A stretch of DNA of 24,265 nt, from the NCBI GenBank assembly GCA_029856105.1, contig JAHQWH010000163.1, positions 1 through 24,265 on the forward strand, given 5' to 3'. Below, piece by piece: positions 8,653 to 16,484 of this stretch (position 1 is its first letter; every line of letters starts with the position of its first letter). The translations under genes and the position numbers were made by a program. The notes under the pieces are model-generated. The model searched no databases and was not told the DNA's origin. It saw only the letters and a list, made by a program, of their open reading frames with translations. The stretch comes from Promethearchaeia archaeon (GTDB lineage Archaea > Asgardarchaeota > Lokiarchaeia > Sigyniarchaeales > SOKP01).

Positions 8653-8982
8653 ATTTCAAAAGGTTTCAGCAATAATAAAAGAGTAGTACATTTCATTGAA
8701 ACAGTTAAACCAAACGCAGATAGCCCTTCAATAAATAGTGGCAAAACTCAAGTCGGAGACAACGATTTTAACTCAAGCTTAGTTAATGATCTAATAATTC
8801 AAGAATGTGATGTTGCTAAAAAAGAGTATTTTGTTATCGTTGAAGATATCCATGCCCTATTGAAAAACTGTAAAGAACTATCAAATAACGAAAAGTTAGT
8901 CTATTGCAACAACGAAAGGTTCTATATGAAACAATATTTAAAACATGTGCTAATAAAAGTTAATAGAAATTTCCCTGATTAA
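8653..8982 (+). CDS. Hypothetical protein (109 aa) absent from the ORF track; probable ATT start
   Basis: Stop-free frame 8647..8982. ATT at 8653 follows the SD-like GAGATGA and gives MSKGFSNNKRVVHFIETVKP...HVLIKVNRNFPD. Its stop overlaps the stop of the convergent gene within TTAA (8979-8982). Confidence 0.6.
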   Translation: MSKGFSNNKRVVHFIETVKPNADSPSINSGKTQVGDNDFNSSLVNDLIIQECDVAKKEYFVIVEDIHALLKNCKELSNNEKLVYCNNERFYMKQYLKHVLIKVNRNFPD

Positions 8983-9404
8983 TTTACTTTAGAAGTTATC
9001 CACAAAGTAAAGGCGCCGTACAAGGTTCCAATAGGAAAAATTAAGAGAAGCATTATCCAACTAAGATAATGTATTTTTATACTCCACTTACTAAGCTTTA
9101 AGAGCCCTAACCCTGCCAGAAAAAGGAGCAATCCATTCAAAAGTAAAAATATTACCCCTAAAGTCGAGAAAAATTCGAAATCTGCTACTAAGAAATAAAA
9201 TAATTTAGCACTCCCATAACCAACACCGCTGGCAATCGTTCTAATTAAGGATCCTAGAAAGGGAGTAAAATACAATAATACAAAGCCACCTATTATTAAT
9301 AAAATTGAAGATACAAAATCAAATATTGAAAGAATCTCTTTAATAAAATGCTCGTTGTATGAACTACCTTCCATACTATGCTTTTTCATTTTTTTCAACT
9401 TCAA
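8979..9404 (-). CDS. Hypothetical membrane protein (3-4 TM)
   Basis: Hydrophobic segments with AGLGLLKLSKW and FPIGTL motifs; the true start may be a downstream ATG. Confidence 0.75.
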   Translation of the reverse strand: MKLKKMKKHSMEGSSYNEHFIKEILSIFDFVSSILLIIGGFVLLYFTPFLGSLIRTIASGVGYGSAKLFYFLVADFEFFSTLGVIFLLLNGLLLFLAGLGLLKLSKWSIKIHYLSWIMLLLIFPIGTLYGAFTLWITSKVN

Positions 9405-9531
9405 TTATTAATTCATAACTTGTTAAAAATCCGCTCTATTTATAATTATAGCTGAAAATCAGATATTGATTTAATTTTGATAAAATAAAAAGAAAAAAAA
9501 AAAGAAATAAGTTTTAAACTATTTTTGCTAT

Positions 9532-9744
9532 TTATTTGAAGTATTTAATAGCCAATAAGATATCGTCCCGAGTTATTTTCTTGCGTTTTGAATGTTTCGT
9601 TAAGGTTAACGCACTTTTGGTTATTTTTTCTGCTGATGCGCCCATCCAATCAACGAGCTCGTTTACAGCATCTCTTGCGACGATAACAGCACCGTTATGT
9701 TTCATAAGGCGCCTAATAGGACTCCAACTAATATATTCTGACAT
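9532..9744 (-). CDS. Archaeal histone (HMf-like histone fold)
   Basis: Aligns to HMfB without gaps: PIRRLMKHNGA...A, H-x-x-R-K-x-I-x-x-x-D-I-x-L-A. GGAGG SD upstream and U-rich tract downstream. Confidence 0.95.
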   Translation of the reverse strand: MSEYISWSPIRRLMKHNGAVIVARDAVNELVDWMGASAEKITKSALTLTKHSKRKKITRDDILLAIKYFK

Positions 9745-10168
9745 GATAATTCCTCCACTTTATATATTTTTGTTAATATTTTTAAATTTAATTTTTTTGA
9801 TTAAATTTACTTAATCAAATAAAGAATGTTCTTTTATGTATTTAAAGATTTTGATTGATACTTGATTTTCTAAGGAAAAAAACGAAAAAAATTACACGAC
9901 AAAATTCAAATCATACTAATTGAATCATTTCGTACAATATAAATTTAGTGAACTGATTTACATAATCTGTTAATAATTAATACTAAAATGAATAATATGA
10001 GCTTTAAACCTGACATAATGAAATGATTTGTAATGAATTTAGAAGAAAATAGAAATTTAATCAAATTGTGAAATGCTGAAAAGCGAAATTTTATATCAAA
10101 TGAAACATAAAATTTTTTAAAAAAAAAGTCATCGAAAGAATATATTAACGAAGGAGCAATTAATCTTT

Positions 10169-11167
10169 CTAGTTCCAAATAACTTGTTCGTAGTTGCATT
10201 TATTACATTCGATAGTTTTACCTTTTCCAGGAAAGCTAGATAAAATATTGCCGCAATATTTACATTCTAAATGATAAATTTGATCTTCAGAATTTATTTT
10301 GTTTAAAATCATCATTTCATCTCTAAAAGTATTTACAAAGTTTGTTAAGATGGAGATGAGTAAAGGATGGTTTTGCGCCGCTGCTAACCATTCTATTTTA
10401 CCCGAAATAATTTGCCCAATGACCAAGACATCTTTTCCTGAAACTAAATCAGTGCCATAGAACCAAACAATCTTATTATCTTTATCTTTAATAATTAATT
10501 GGAAATTTTGGTCTTGGATAATTTTAGTCATTTGGTTGAAATAATAGTTTTCATCGAAGAATTCTTCTTTACCAATCCCAATACTTTTAATCGCTTTTTT
10601 TATCTCGGGTTTTTGTAGGAATTTTTTAACTTCAGCGCTTGGTAATATTTTTCTTTCAATGCTAAATGGATCGAATTGAATAGTAATAGCATCTGTGTCA
10701 ATTGCCCTAACAAAATCAACATTATTAACGAATGTAACGGATGATCTAATCTCACCATTTTCTTCTAAGGATAACGGGCAGAAATATAAATTAATTTGTT
10801 TATTAGACTTTCCTTTTAATACTTCAAATTCTATTTTTACTTGTGTTTCTTCTTCATCTTCTTCAAAGTTAATTGTTTCTATGGTTATAGTTGGAGGTGT
10901 ACTTCTACTAAGCTTTAAAAATCCTGGAATTCTTACTCTAATCTTAATTTCTGTAATCGGATCAACGCTCTTATTTGATATTACCAAGGAATAAAGGTAA
11001 TTTCCTCCAAAAGGTTCTGATTTGCATACCAAACTAATCTTATCTTCTTGATCAATATATTCTAGAGAAACAGATTCGAATTTTTTTATTTCGCGAGCAG
11101 TCGGCTCTTTAAACAATATTAATTCGGACATATCTTCTTGCTCTTGGTCTCTATTTTTTTTAGACAC
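10169..11167 (-). CDS. Hypothetical protein: Ig-like beta-sandwich, alpha/beta platform-like domain and C-terminal Zn ribbon
   Basis: Alternating beta-strand pattern at about aa 43-165, mixed alpha/beta at about aa 170-290, then CKYC...CNKC at the C-terminus. Confidence 0.7.
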   Translation of the reverse strand: MSKKNRDQEQEDMSELILFKEPTAREIKKFESVSLEYIDQEDKISLVCKSEPFGGNYLYSLVISNKSVDPITEIKIRVRIPGFLKLSRSTPPTITIETINFEEDEEETQVKIEFEVLKGKSNKQINLYFCPLSLEENGEIRSSVTFVNNVDFVRAIDTDAITIQFDPFSIERKILPSAEVKKFLQKPEIKKAIKSIGIGKEEFFDENYYFNQMTKIIQDQNFQLIIKDKDNKIVWFYGTDLVSGKDVLVIGQIISGKIEWLAAAQNHPLLISILTNFVNTFRDEMMILNKINSEDQIYHLECKYCGNILSSFPGKGKTIECNKCNYEQVIWN

Positions 11168-11294
11168 AATTTTTTCGCCGACTTCTCGATAAAGTAATAA
11201 TTATCGATTATATAAAGGAAATAATACTATTTTAACTTATAATTTTATTTGATGTAATATTTTTTTACAAACGATTTCTTTAAATATCAAGAGC

Positions 11295-11978
11295 ATGAAA
11301 GAATTAAATGAATTGAAGCCACTATTCGAAAGTCTAACTATTAGACCTACTTTCGATTATGTTCATGTTATATTATCTTTATTTATATTTGGAGAAAATC
11401 CAGAAGGTATTGGAAGATATCGCCTTAAAGATGAATTACAGATTGGATCTGGAACCGCTAAATCTCTGGTTAAAAAACTAAAAGATGTAAGCGAGTTTAT
11501 TGTAGTTCCAGACGAAGGAACAAGGAAAAGGAAAGGGCATGTGTTAACTAAAAAAGGGGATAAATTTTTTGCTAAAGTAAAAAAAAAAATTCCTTTATTA
11601 GAAAAAGCGGACATTACTTTTTTAAAAGATATTATTATTGAACCTGAAAATGTTAATCCATACTTTTGTTTAGTTAAGAACGCTACTAAGAAGATTAAGA
11701 ACGGAATAGAACAAAGAGACGCGGCAATAAAGGTTAACGGTTCTGGGGCTACTTGTCTTGTGTATAACGGAAAAGATATTATTTTTCCTTCTAAATATAT
11801 AGATAATAGTAGCGAAGAACAAAAGAAAATCAATCAAAAAACTCTGAAGTATTTTACATCTAAAATTGAAAAAGCTAAGGTATTATTTGAGAAAGACGAT
11901 GTGATAATAATAGGTTTGGGTGAAAATCTCCAAATTTCGCGGTTAGCCACTTTAAACGCGGCTTTAACATTATTTTAA
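11295..11978 (+). CDS. Winged-HTH/DUF4443 (PH0730-like) putative transcriptional regulator
   Basis: IGRYRLKDELQIGSGTAKSLVKKLK...KGHVLTKKG wHTH; GIEQRDAAIKVNGSGATCLVY family motif. Confidence 0.8.
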   Translation: MKELNELKPLFESLTIRPTFDYVHVILSLFIFGENPEGIGRYRLKDELQIGSGTAKSLVKKLKDVSEFIVVPDEGTRKRKGHVLTKKGDKFFAKVKKKIPLLEKADITFLKDIIIEPENVNPYFCLVKNATKKIKNGIEQRDAAIKVNGSGATCLVYNGKDIIFPSKYIDNSSEEQKKINQKTLKYFTSKIEKAKVLFEKDDVIIIGLGENLQISRLATLNAALTLF

Positions 11979-12002
11979 TTTTTTTTTTATTTTAATTCGA
12001 GT

Positions 12003-12497
12003 ATGAAGTATAAAATGAGATTTGAAAACGATATTATTTTTTTTATTGACAAATTCATTATTAACGAATTAGAACAATGTATTGAAAAAACCACCCCGAA
12101 TGAAGCGTGTGGTTTAATTTTCGGTGAAATTCAAGAAATTAATAATAACGGCGATTTTAAATATAAGTATTATAGTAAGAATTTTCAATGTATTGACTCT
12201 AGCAATAAAAGTCCTGTCGCATTCTTGTTAGATAACGACGACATGTTGATAAAACTTGCAACTACTATTTCAAAAAATAACAATTTAGAATTGATAGCAA
12301 TTTTTCATTCTCACCCCGCTGGAGCAAGTCCGAGTGGCGTTGATAAAAAATGCATGAAATCTTATCATAACTGTGGTATAAAAAATTTCAAACATTTAAC
12401 ATGGATAATAATGGATTCTAGCAGCAAGGAAATTAATGGTTTTATTTATATAGAAAATAAATTACTTCAAATAGCGATAAACTTTGATAAGGATTAG
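12003..12497 (+). CDS. JAMM/MPN+ (M67) metalloprotease, putative desampylase/deubiquitinase
   Basis: PNEACGLIFG (catalytic Glu) and FHSHPAGASPSGVD, an intact H-x-H-x7-S-x2-D motif. Confidence 0.92.
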   Translation: MKYKMRFENDIIFFIDKFIINELEQCIEKTTPNEACGLIFGEIQEINNNGDFKYKYYSKNFQCIDSSNKSPVAFLLDNDDMLIKLATTISKNNNLELIAIFHSHPAGASPSGVDKKCMKSYHNCGIKNFKHLTWIIMDSSSKEINGFIYIENKLLQIAINFDKD

Positions 12498-12522
12498 TCT
12501 GTAAGAATAAAAATTACGAGAA

Positions 12523-13308
12523 TTAATTATTCCTTTTCGCTAATTGTTCTCTAATTAAATTCATTAATTCTTCTTCAGTATACTCTTTTTCGTCTAAAAG
12601 TTGATAATTCCTATTAAAAAACTTTTTAAGCCGATTTGGCATCATCCAGGCTAAACTAAACCCAATCGCAAAAATTACTGATATCACAGCAGTCGTACCA
12701 AAAACAGCTAGGCTTATTATATTATCAGGATCGCCCCATGTAGTACCTACTGGCTGAAAATACTCGGGTATATTATTAAAGCTGAGAATAAATGAAACGA
12801 AAGCAACCAATTTATATCGTACTTTTATCCATGGTTGAATATTTTTATTCTTTATTTTTTGGTACGCGGAATAGGATGACCACGCCATCCAATTAAAGAC
12901 TAAAAAAGTATAGGGTACGTCTAAAGTAACTCTGAAATAGTAGGTTTTAATTGAAAAATAAACGTGGAGTGTCATAAGTATGAGTTGAATGGCTCCGAAA
13001 ATTACCGTAATAATTAATACTATTTTTGCTTTTGACTTTCTACCTTTGTAAAACGTCATATTTGTAGAAACTACTAATAAAACGAATCCAATAAAAACAA
13101 AAACTTCCTGAAAAGCAGGGGTCAAATTAAAGACAAAGTTACCAATAAAACCAATAACTATTGCAATAAAACCTATTCCTATAATTATAAGGTTCTTCAT
13201 TTTATTATGATTTCCTTTAATTAAGAAAAAAATACCTACACTTAAGAGTGAAACAATAAATAATATCAACAATATAGCAAAAATCCAAAATAAAATAATA
13301 AGTGTCAT
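12523..13308 (-). CDS. Hypothetical 7-TM membrane protein
   Basis: Seven hydrophobic segments, then WMMPNRLKKFF and an acidic helical tail; starts 3 nt after the upstream gene's stop. Confidence 0.8.
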   Translation of the reverse strand: MTLIILFWIFAILLILFIVSLLSVGIFFLIKGNHNKMKNLIIIGIGFIAIVIGFIGNFVFNLTPAFQEVFVFIGFVLLVVSTNMTFYKGRKSKAKIVLIITVIFGAIQLILMTLHVYFSIKTYYFRVTLDVPYTFLVFNWMAWSSYSAYQKIKNKNIQPWIKVRYKLVAFVSFILSFNNIPEYFQPVGTTWGDPDNIISLAVFGTTAVISVIFAIGFSLAWMMPNRLKKFFNRNYQLLDEKEYTEEELMNLIREQLAKRNN

Positions 13309-13311
13309 CCT

Positions 13312-13587
13312 TTATACTCCTCCAATTGTTATTAACGACTGGTTTAAAGTTAATTCATCCAATAAATAATCAAGAATAGATTCACATTCTTGAACTTCTA
13401 ATTTTATTAATCTTCTTTTTAGAGAATTTTTAAAAGTTTTTTTCAAATCTTCAAAATCAATTTGATTATATGGTTTAAAAGGACCTAACTCGTCCTTTAT
13501 CGATAGTTTTATTAAACCTCGGGCAGCAGGTGGGCTTATATTGATTTTTTGAGCCAATAAATCTCCCAAATATATAATAATCTCGAT
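13312..13587 (-). CDS. Small alpha-helical hypothetical protein, coupled to the 7-TM gene
   Basis: Track ORF 13312..13569 (ISPPAARGLIKLSIKDELGP...NQSLIT). The frame extends upstream to an ATC at 13587 behind AAGGAG; the start is uncertain. Confidence 0.7.
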   Translation of the reverse strand: MEIIIYLGDLLAQKINISPPAARGLIKLSIKDELGPFKPYNQIDFEDLKKTFKNSLKRRLIKLEVQECESILDYLLDELTLNQSLITIGGV

Positions 13588-13755
13588 TCTGGATTCAACT
13601 CCTTGAATTTTCCAGAAAAATTCTCTAGTCTGTTTTTTATTTTAAAACTTACAAAATTTATACAACAAATTTCATTTAAATTTATTTAAAAAAATAAAGA
13701 ATAATATTTCTGATAATTAGTAGTTAAATAAACTGTTAATCTACTAATTTACAAT

Positions 13756-14409
13756 TTATTGAATTTGTTTAAAACCACTTTTATCAATGGTACAGATTTG
13801 AATCTTGAATCCCGATGCGGCATCTCGTTCTCGGGAACTTGTAATCGCGGTTTTTAGCAGATCAATACCAGCAGTTTTAGTCATATTTCGTTTCCAGTCT
13901 GCCTCTAGAACGCCTAAAGAGAATGGAGACCCGGAACCAAACGAAATATATTTATCTTCTTCGTATAAAGTTCCTAGTAAATCAACACCATAAAGAATAC
14001 CTTTTTTATTCTTTTGGGAATATCCACCTATTATCATCATGCATACAAAGTAAGACCTTCCGCTAAATAGAATGTTTCTCGTTAAACTTCCGATATATTG
14101 CGGGTCTGGCACTTTTTCTTCATCTACTTCCTTCAACCTGGAAAGTGCTTTGAGTTGGTTAACAACATATTGACAATCTGCCACTCCACCCGAGATTGTA
14201 GCGCAAGTGTAATCGTTAATCTGAAAGAGCTTCTGTGCAGTTTTAGTGGCTACTGTGTATCCCGCGGTGGCTTGAGATTCTGTTCCAACTACAACGGCGT
14301 CTTTAACAATTATCCCTACAGTAGTAGTACTTGATTTAATAATTCGGTTTAATGAATCCTCGTCCAAGTTTAGCATATTATTTTTGTTTTCCATCATTCT
14401 CTTCAACAA
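13756..14409 (-). CDS. psmB: 20S proteasome beta subunit with propeptide
   Basis: TTTVGI mature N-terminus, Lys33 equivalent (AQKLFQI), SGGVADCQ, GSGS and RDAASG; the exact start is uncertain. Confidence 0.95.
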   Translation of the reverse strand: MLKRMMENKNNMLNLDEDSLNRIIKSSTTTVGIIVKDAVVVGTESQATAGYTVATKTAQKLFQINDYTCATISGGVADCQYVVNQLKALSRLKEVDEEKVPDPQYIGSLTRNILFSGRSYFVCMMIIGGYSQKNKKGILYGVDLLGTLYEEDKYISFGSGSPFSLGVLEADWKRNMTKTAGIDLLKTAITSSRERDAASGFKIQICTIDKSGFKQIQ

Positions 14410-14560
14410 TTATTCTATAATAATTTAATAATTATAATAAATAAATTAATTTCTCCTATTTTTATTTTACTTTTAGAATTTATAAACAGTTAAACAAAAA
14501 ATTTTAAAGATATATTATATTATCAAATATAACATATTTGAGTCGATTAGTGTCTTTATC

Positions 14561-14938
14561 ATGGCAAGAAGTCAAGCAAGAAGTAAAAGAAAATACACCG
14601 GAAAAAAATATAAGCATTTTCATAAAAAAAGGAAGAGAGAATTAGAAAGATCTCCAATAGAAACCAAAATAGGCAACGAAAAAAAAAAACATCAACGCAC
14701 TATGGGGGGAAATTCCAAACTCAAAATGTTCTCATCTGCGTTTATAAACGTTACAGACCTTAATACAAATAAAACCTCAAAAGTTAAGATATTAAAATTT
14801 GAAAGTAATACAGCCTCTAAAGATTTGAATAGACGCCATGTTCTCACCAAAGGTGCTATTGTCGAAACAGAGTTGGGTAAAGCTAAAATAGTTAGCAGAC
14901 CTGGACAGCACGGAGTGCTTAACGGCATACTAATTTAG
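14561..14938 (+). CDS. rps8e: 30S ribosomal protein S8e
   Basis: RSKRKYTG, KRKRELER, RTMGGN and LTKGAIVETELGKAKIVSRPGQHGVLNGIL. Confidence 0.98.
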   Translation: MARSQARSKRKYTGKKYKHFHKKRKRELERSPIETKIGNEKKKHQRTMGGNSKLKMFSSAFINVTDLNTNKTSKVKILKFESNTASKDLNRRHVLTKGAIVETELGKAKIVSRPGQHGVLNGILI

Positions 14939-14953
14939 GTATATTCAAACGAC

Positions 14954-15325
14954 TTATTCTTGAATTTTAATGTTTTTTACGTTTGCTTTCTTTCCTTCTA
15001 TTATTTCAGTGTTCTTACTTTGGCAATGTCTGCATTGAAATAATTGCAACCCCGTTAAATACGACTCTTCGCTTAAAGTAACGGTTGAGACTTTACTGCA
15101 ATCTCGACACTTAATTTTTCCCGGAAGTATTTCTATTTTTAATTCGGCACCCTCAGCAATCGAGCCTTTAGTTGCCATTTCAAACGATCGTTTGAGTAGC
15201 TCAGGAACTATTAAGGTTAACTCACCAATCTCGAGATATACTTGTGAAATTTTATTAGCGTTGTATTTTAAAGCTGTAGCTTCAGCAATTTTGAAGATGT
15301 TATAGGCAAAAGAAAATTCGTGCAT
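14954..15325 (-). CDS. hypA: Hydrogenase maturation nickel metallochaperone HypA
   Basis: N-terminal MHE, LEIGELT, two CxxC (CRDC, CRHC) and IIEG. Confidence 0.95.
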   Translation of the reverse strand: MHEFSFAYNIFKIAEATALKYNANKISQVYLEIGELTLIVPELLKRSFEMATKGSIAEGAELKIEILPGKIKCRDCSKVSTVTLSEESYLTGLQLFQCRHCQSKNTEIIEGKKANVKNIKIQE

Positions 15326-15334
15326 AATAATTTT

Positions 15335-15631
15335 TTATTTTTTTTGTTGTGACTTTTTAATCTCTTTAGCAACTTCTATTAAGACCTTAGATTTTGTCTT
15401 ACCTTTCGTATCAATTGATACTCTACCAGGATCGTCCCACCAGGTTCTAGGATATTGATATCCTTTTTCGGAATGGGCGTCATAACCTAGATGTTTTGCT
15501 GCTTTTACAATATCATTTGTATTGATTTTATCAATAGCAAATTTCTTTGGAATGCGTCTTCCCTCCGACCTACTCCTTTTTGCGTCGAAATATTGGGGCC
15601 AAAAAATAATAAAAGGTTTTCTGGAACGCAT
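15335..15631 (-). CDS. srp19: Signal recognition particle protein SRP19
   Basis: IFWPQYFDAKRSRSEGRRIPK, YPRTWW and GRV. Confidence 0.97.
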   Translation of the reverse strand: MRSRKPFIIFWPQYFDAKRSRSEGRRIPKKFAIDKINTNDIVKAAKHLGYDAHSEKGYQYPRTWWDDPGRVSIDTKGKTKSKVLIEVAKEIKKSQQKK

Positions 15632-15819
15632 TTTTTAAACTAGGCTTAATTTAATTTATTAAAATTATAAGGTTAAAAAACCTCTAAAGAATTTAAAAAT
15701 TATTGGTTTAAAAGATAGGATAAATAAAAATAAATAGAATTTATGATTTTTAATAGTACAAAACTGTGTTAACGCCAACCAATAAACAAATCTTTATGTA
15801 ACAATCTCCTTTTAAAAAT

Positions 15820-15923
15820 GGGAGGGTGGTCTAGCTTGGTATGATACCGTAGGAATATGTCTTCTACGGCTTAAAACTTGGCTGGGGGCCAAGTGGCCGA
15901 GGGTTCGAATCCCTCCTCTCCCA
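15820..15923 (+). tRNA. tRNA-Pro(GGG) with a 30-nt intron at position 25/26 (15846-15875)
   Basis: Acceptor GGGAGGG/CTCTCCC plus A73; anticodon arm CTTGG-CTGGGGG-CCAAG (GGG at 15884-15886); T arm GAGGG-TTCGAAT-CCCTC. Removing 15846-15875 restores the cloverleaf. CCA is not encoded. Confidence 0.95.
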
Positions 15924-15924
15924 T

Positions 15925-15953
15925 TTTAGAGTTTACCGATTATGAACTCTAAA
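15925..15953 (+). terminator. Hairpin immediately 3' of tRNA-Pro followed by T-rich tracts; possible terminator or processing structure
   Basis: TTTAGAGTT (15925-15933) and AACTCTAAA (15945-15953) form a perfect 9-bp inverted repeat. Confidence 0.45.
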
Positions 15954-16104
15954 TGAACCTTCTTTTATTTTGGATTAAGTTAATAAACTTTTATTTTATT
16001 TTCCCGATTTATCAATTGTTTACGAAACATTAGTCTATAAATTTTTAAGTGGAAATAATCTATTTTCTAGTTAAAAACTAAAATATTTTTAAAGTGATTA
16101 TTAA

Positions 16105-16404
16105 ATGAGCGAATATCAAGAAACAGATAAGGCTATGAGGTTTATGGCCGTTGTAGGCGGTATCATTAGTGTAGTCGAGGCAATCATGATACTTGTCGGT
16201 TCAGGGTTAATGCCATATGGATTTGGAATACTTGGTGGCGTTTTCGGATTAATTCTAGCGTTAGTAGCAATTTTTCTAGGTATTAAGCCTATTCATTACA
16301 CTCCATTTATATTAGGAGTAATCGGCGTGGTTCTAATTGTTTTCGCGGTTTTAATCGGCGGAATTATAATACTTTTAGCAGCTTTTTTCGGTTTAATTAG
16401 TTAA
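16105..16404 (+). CDS. Small Gly-rich hydrophobic membrane protein
   Basis: 99 aa, almost entirely hydrophobic, with GxxxG patterns; GTGA SD upstream and T-tract downstream. Confidence 0.8.
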   Translation: MSEYQETDKAMRFMAVVGGIISVVEAIMILVGSGLMPYGFGILGGVFGLILALVAIFLGIKPIHYTPFILGVIGVVLIVFAVLIGGIIILLAAFFGLIS

Positions 16405-16484
16405 TCTAATCTTTTACTTCTTTCTTTTTTTTAATTTTTAATATTAATACTTCAGATTTTAATTTAAAGGCTAAGTTATTTATT

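Noticed and set aside
8623-8660. In-frame TGA at 8644 as a selenocysteine codon extending the hidden ORF
   Set aside because: Another in-frame stop (TAA at 8623) lies seven codons upstream with no canonical start between, and there is no redox motif or evident SECIS.
9945-10199. 84-aa minus-strand ORF between the histone and the ear-like gene
   Set aside because: It overlaps the upstream gene's end, has an F/K/I/L-rich composition typical of translated AT-rich intergenic DNA, and has no SD or motif.
12523-13308. 7-TM protein as a microbial rhodopsin, heliorhodopsin or schizorhodopsin
   Set aside because: There is no retinal-binding Lys (DxxxK/SxxxK) in the seventh helix and no RYxxW motif in helix 3.
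15900-16480. Integrated element at the tRNA-Pro 3' end
   Set aside because: There is no integrase, and I found no duplicated tRNA 3' fragment; the flanking genes look chromosomal.
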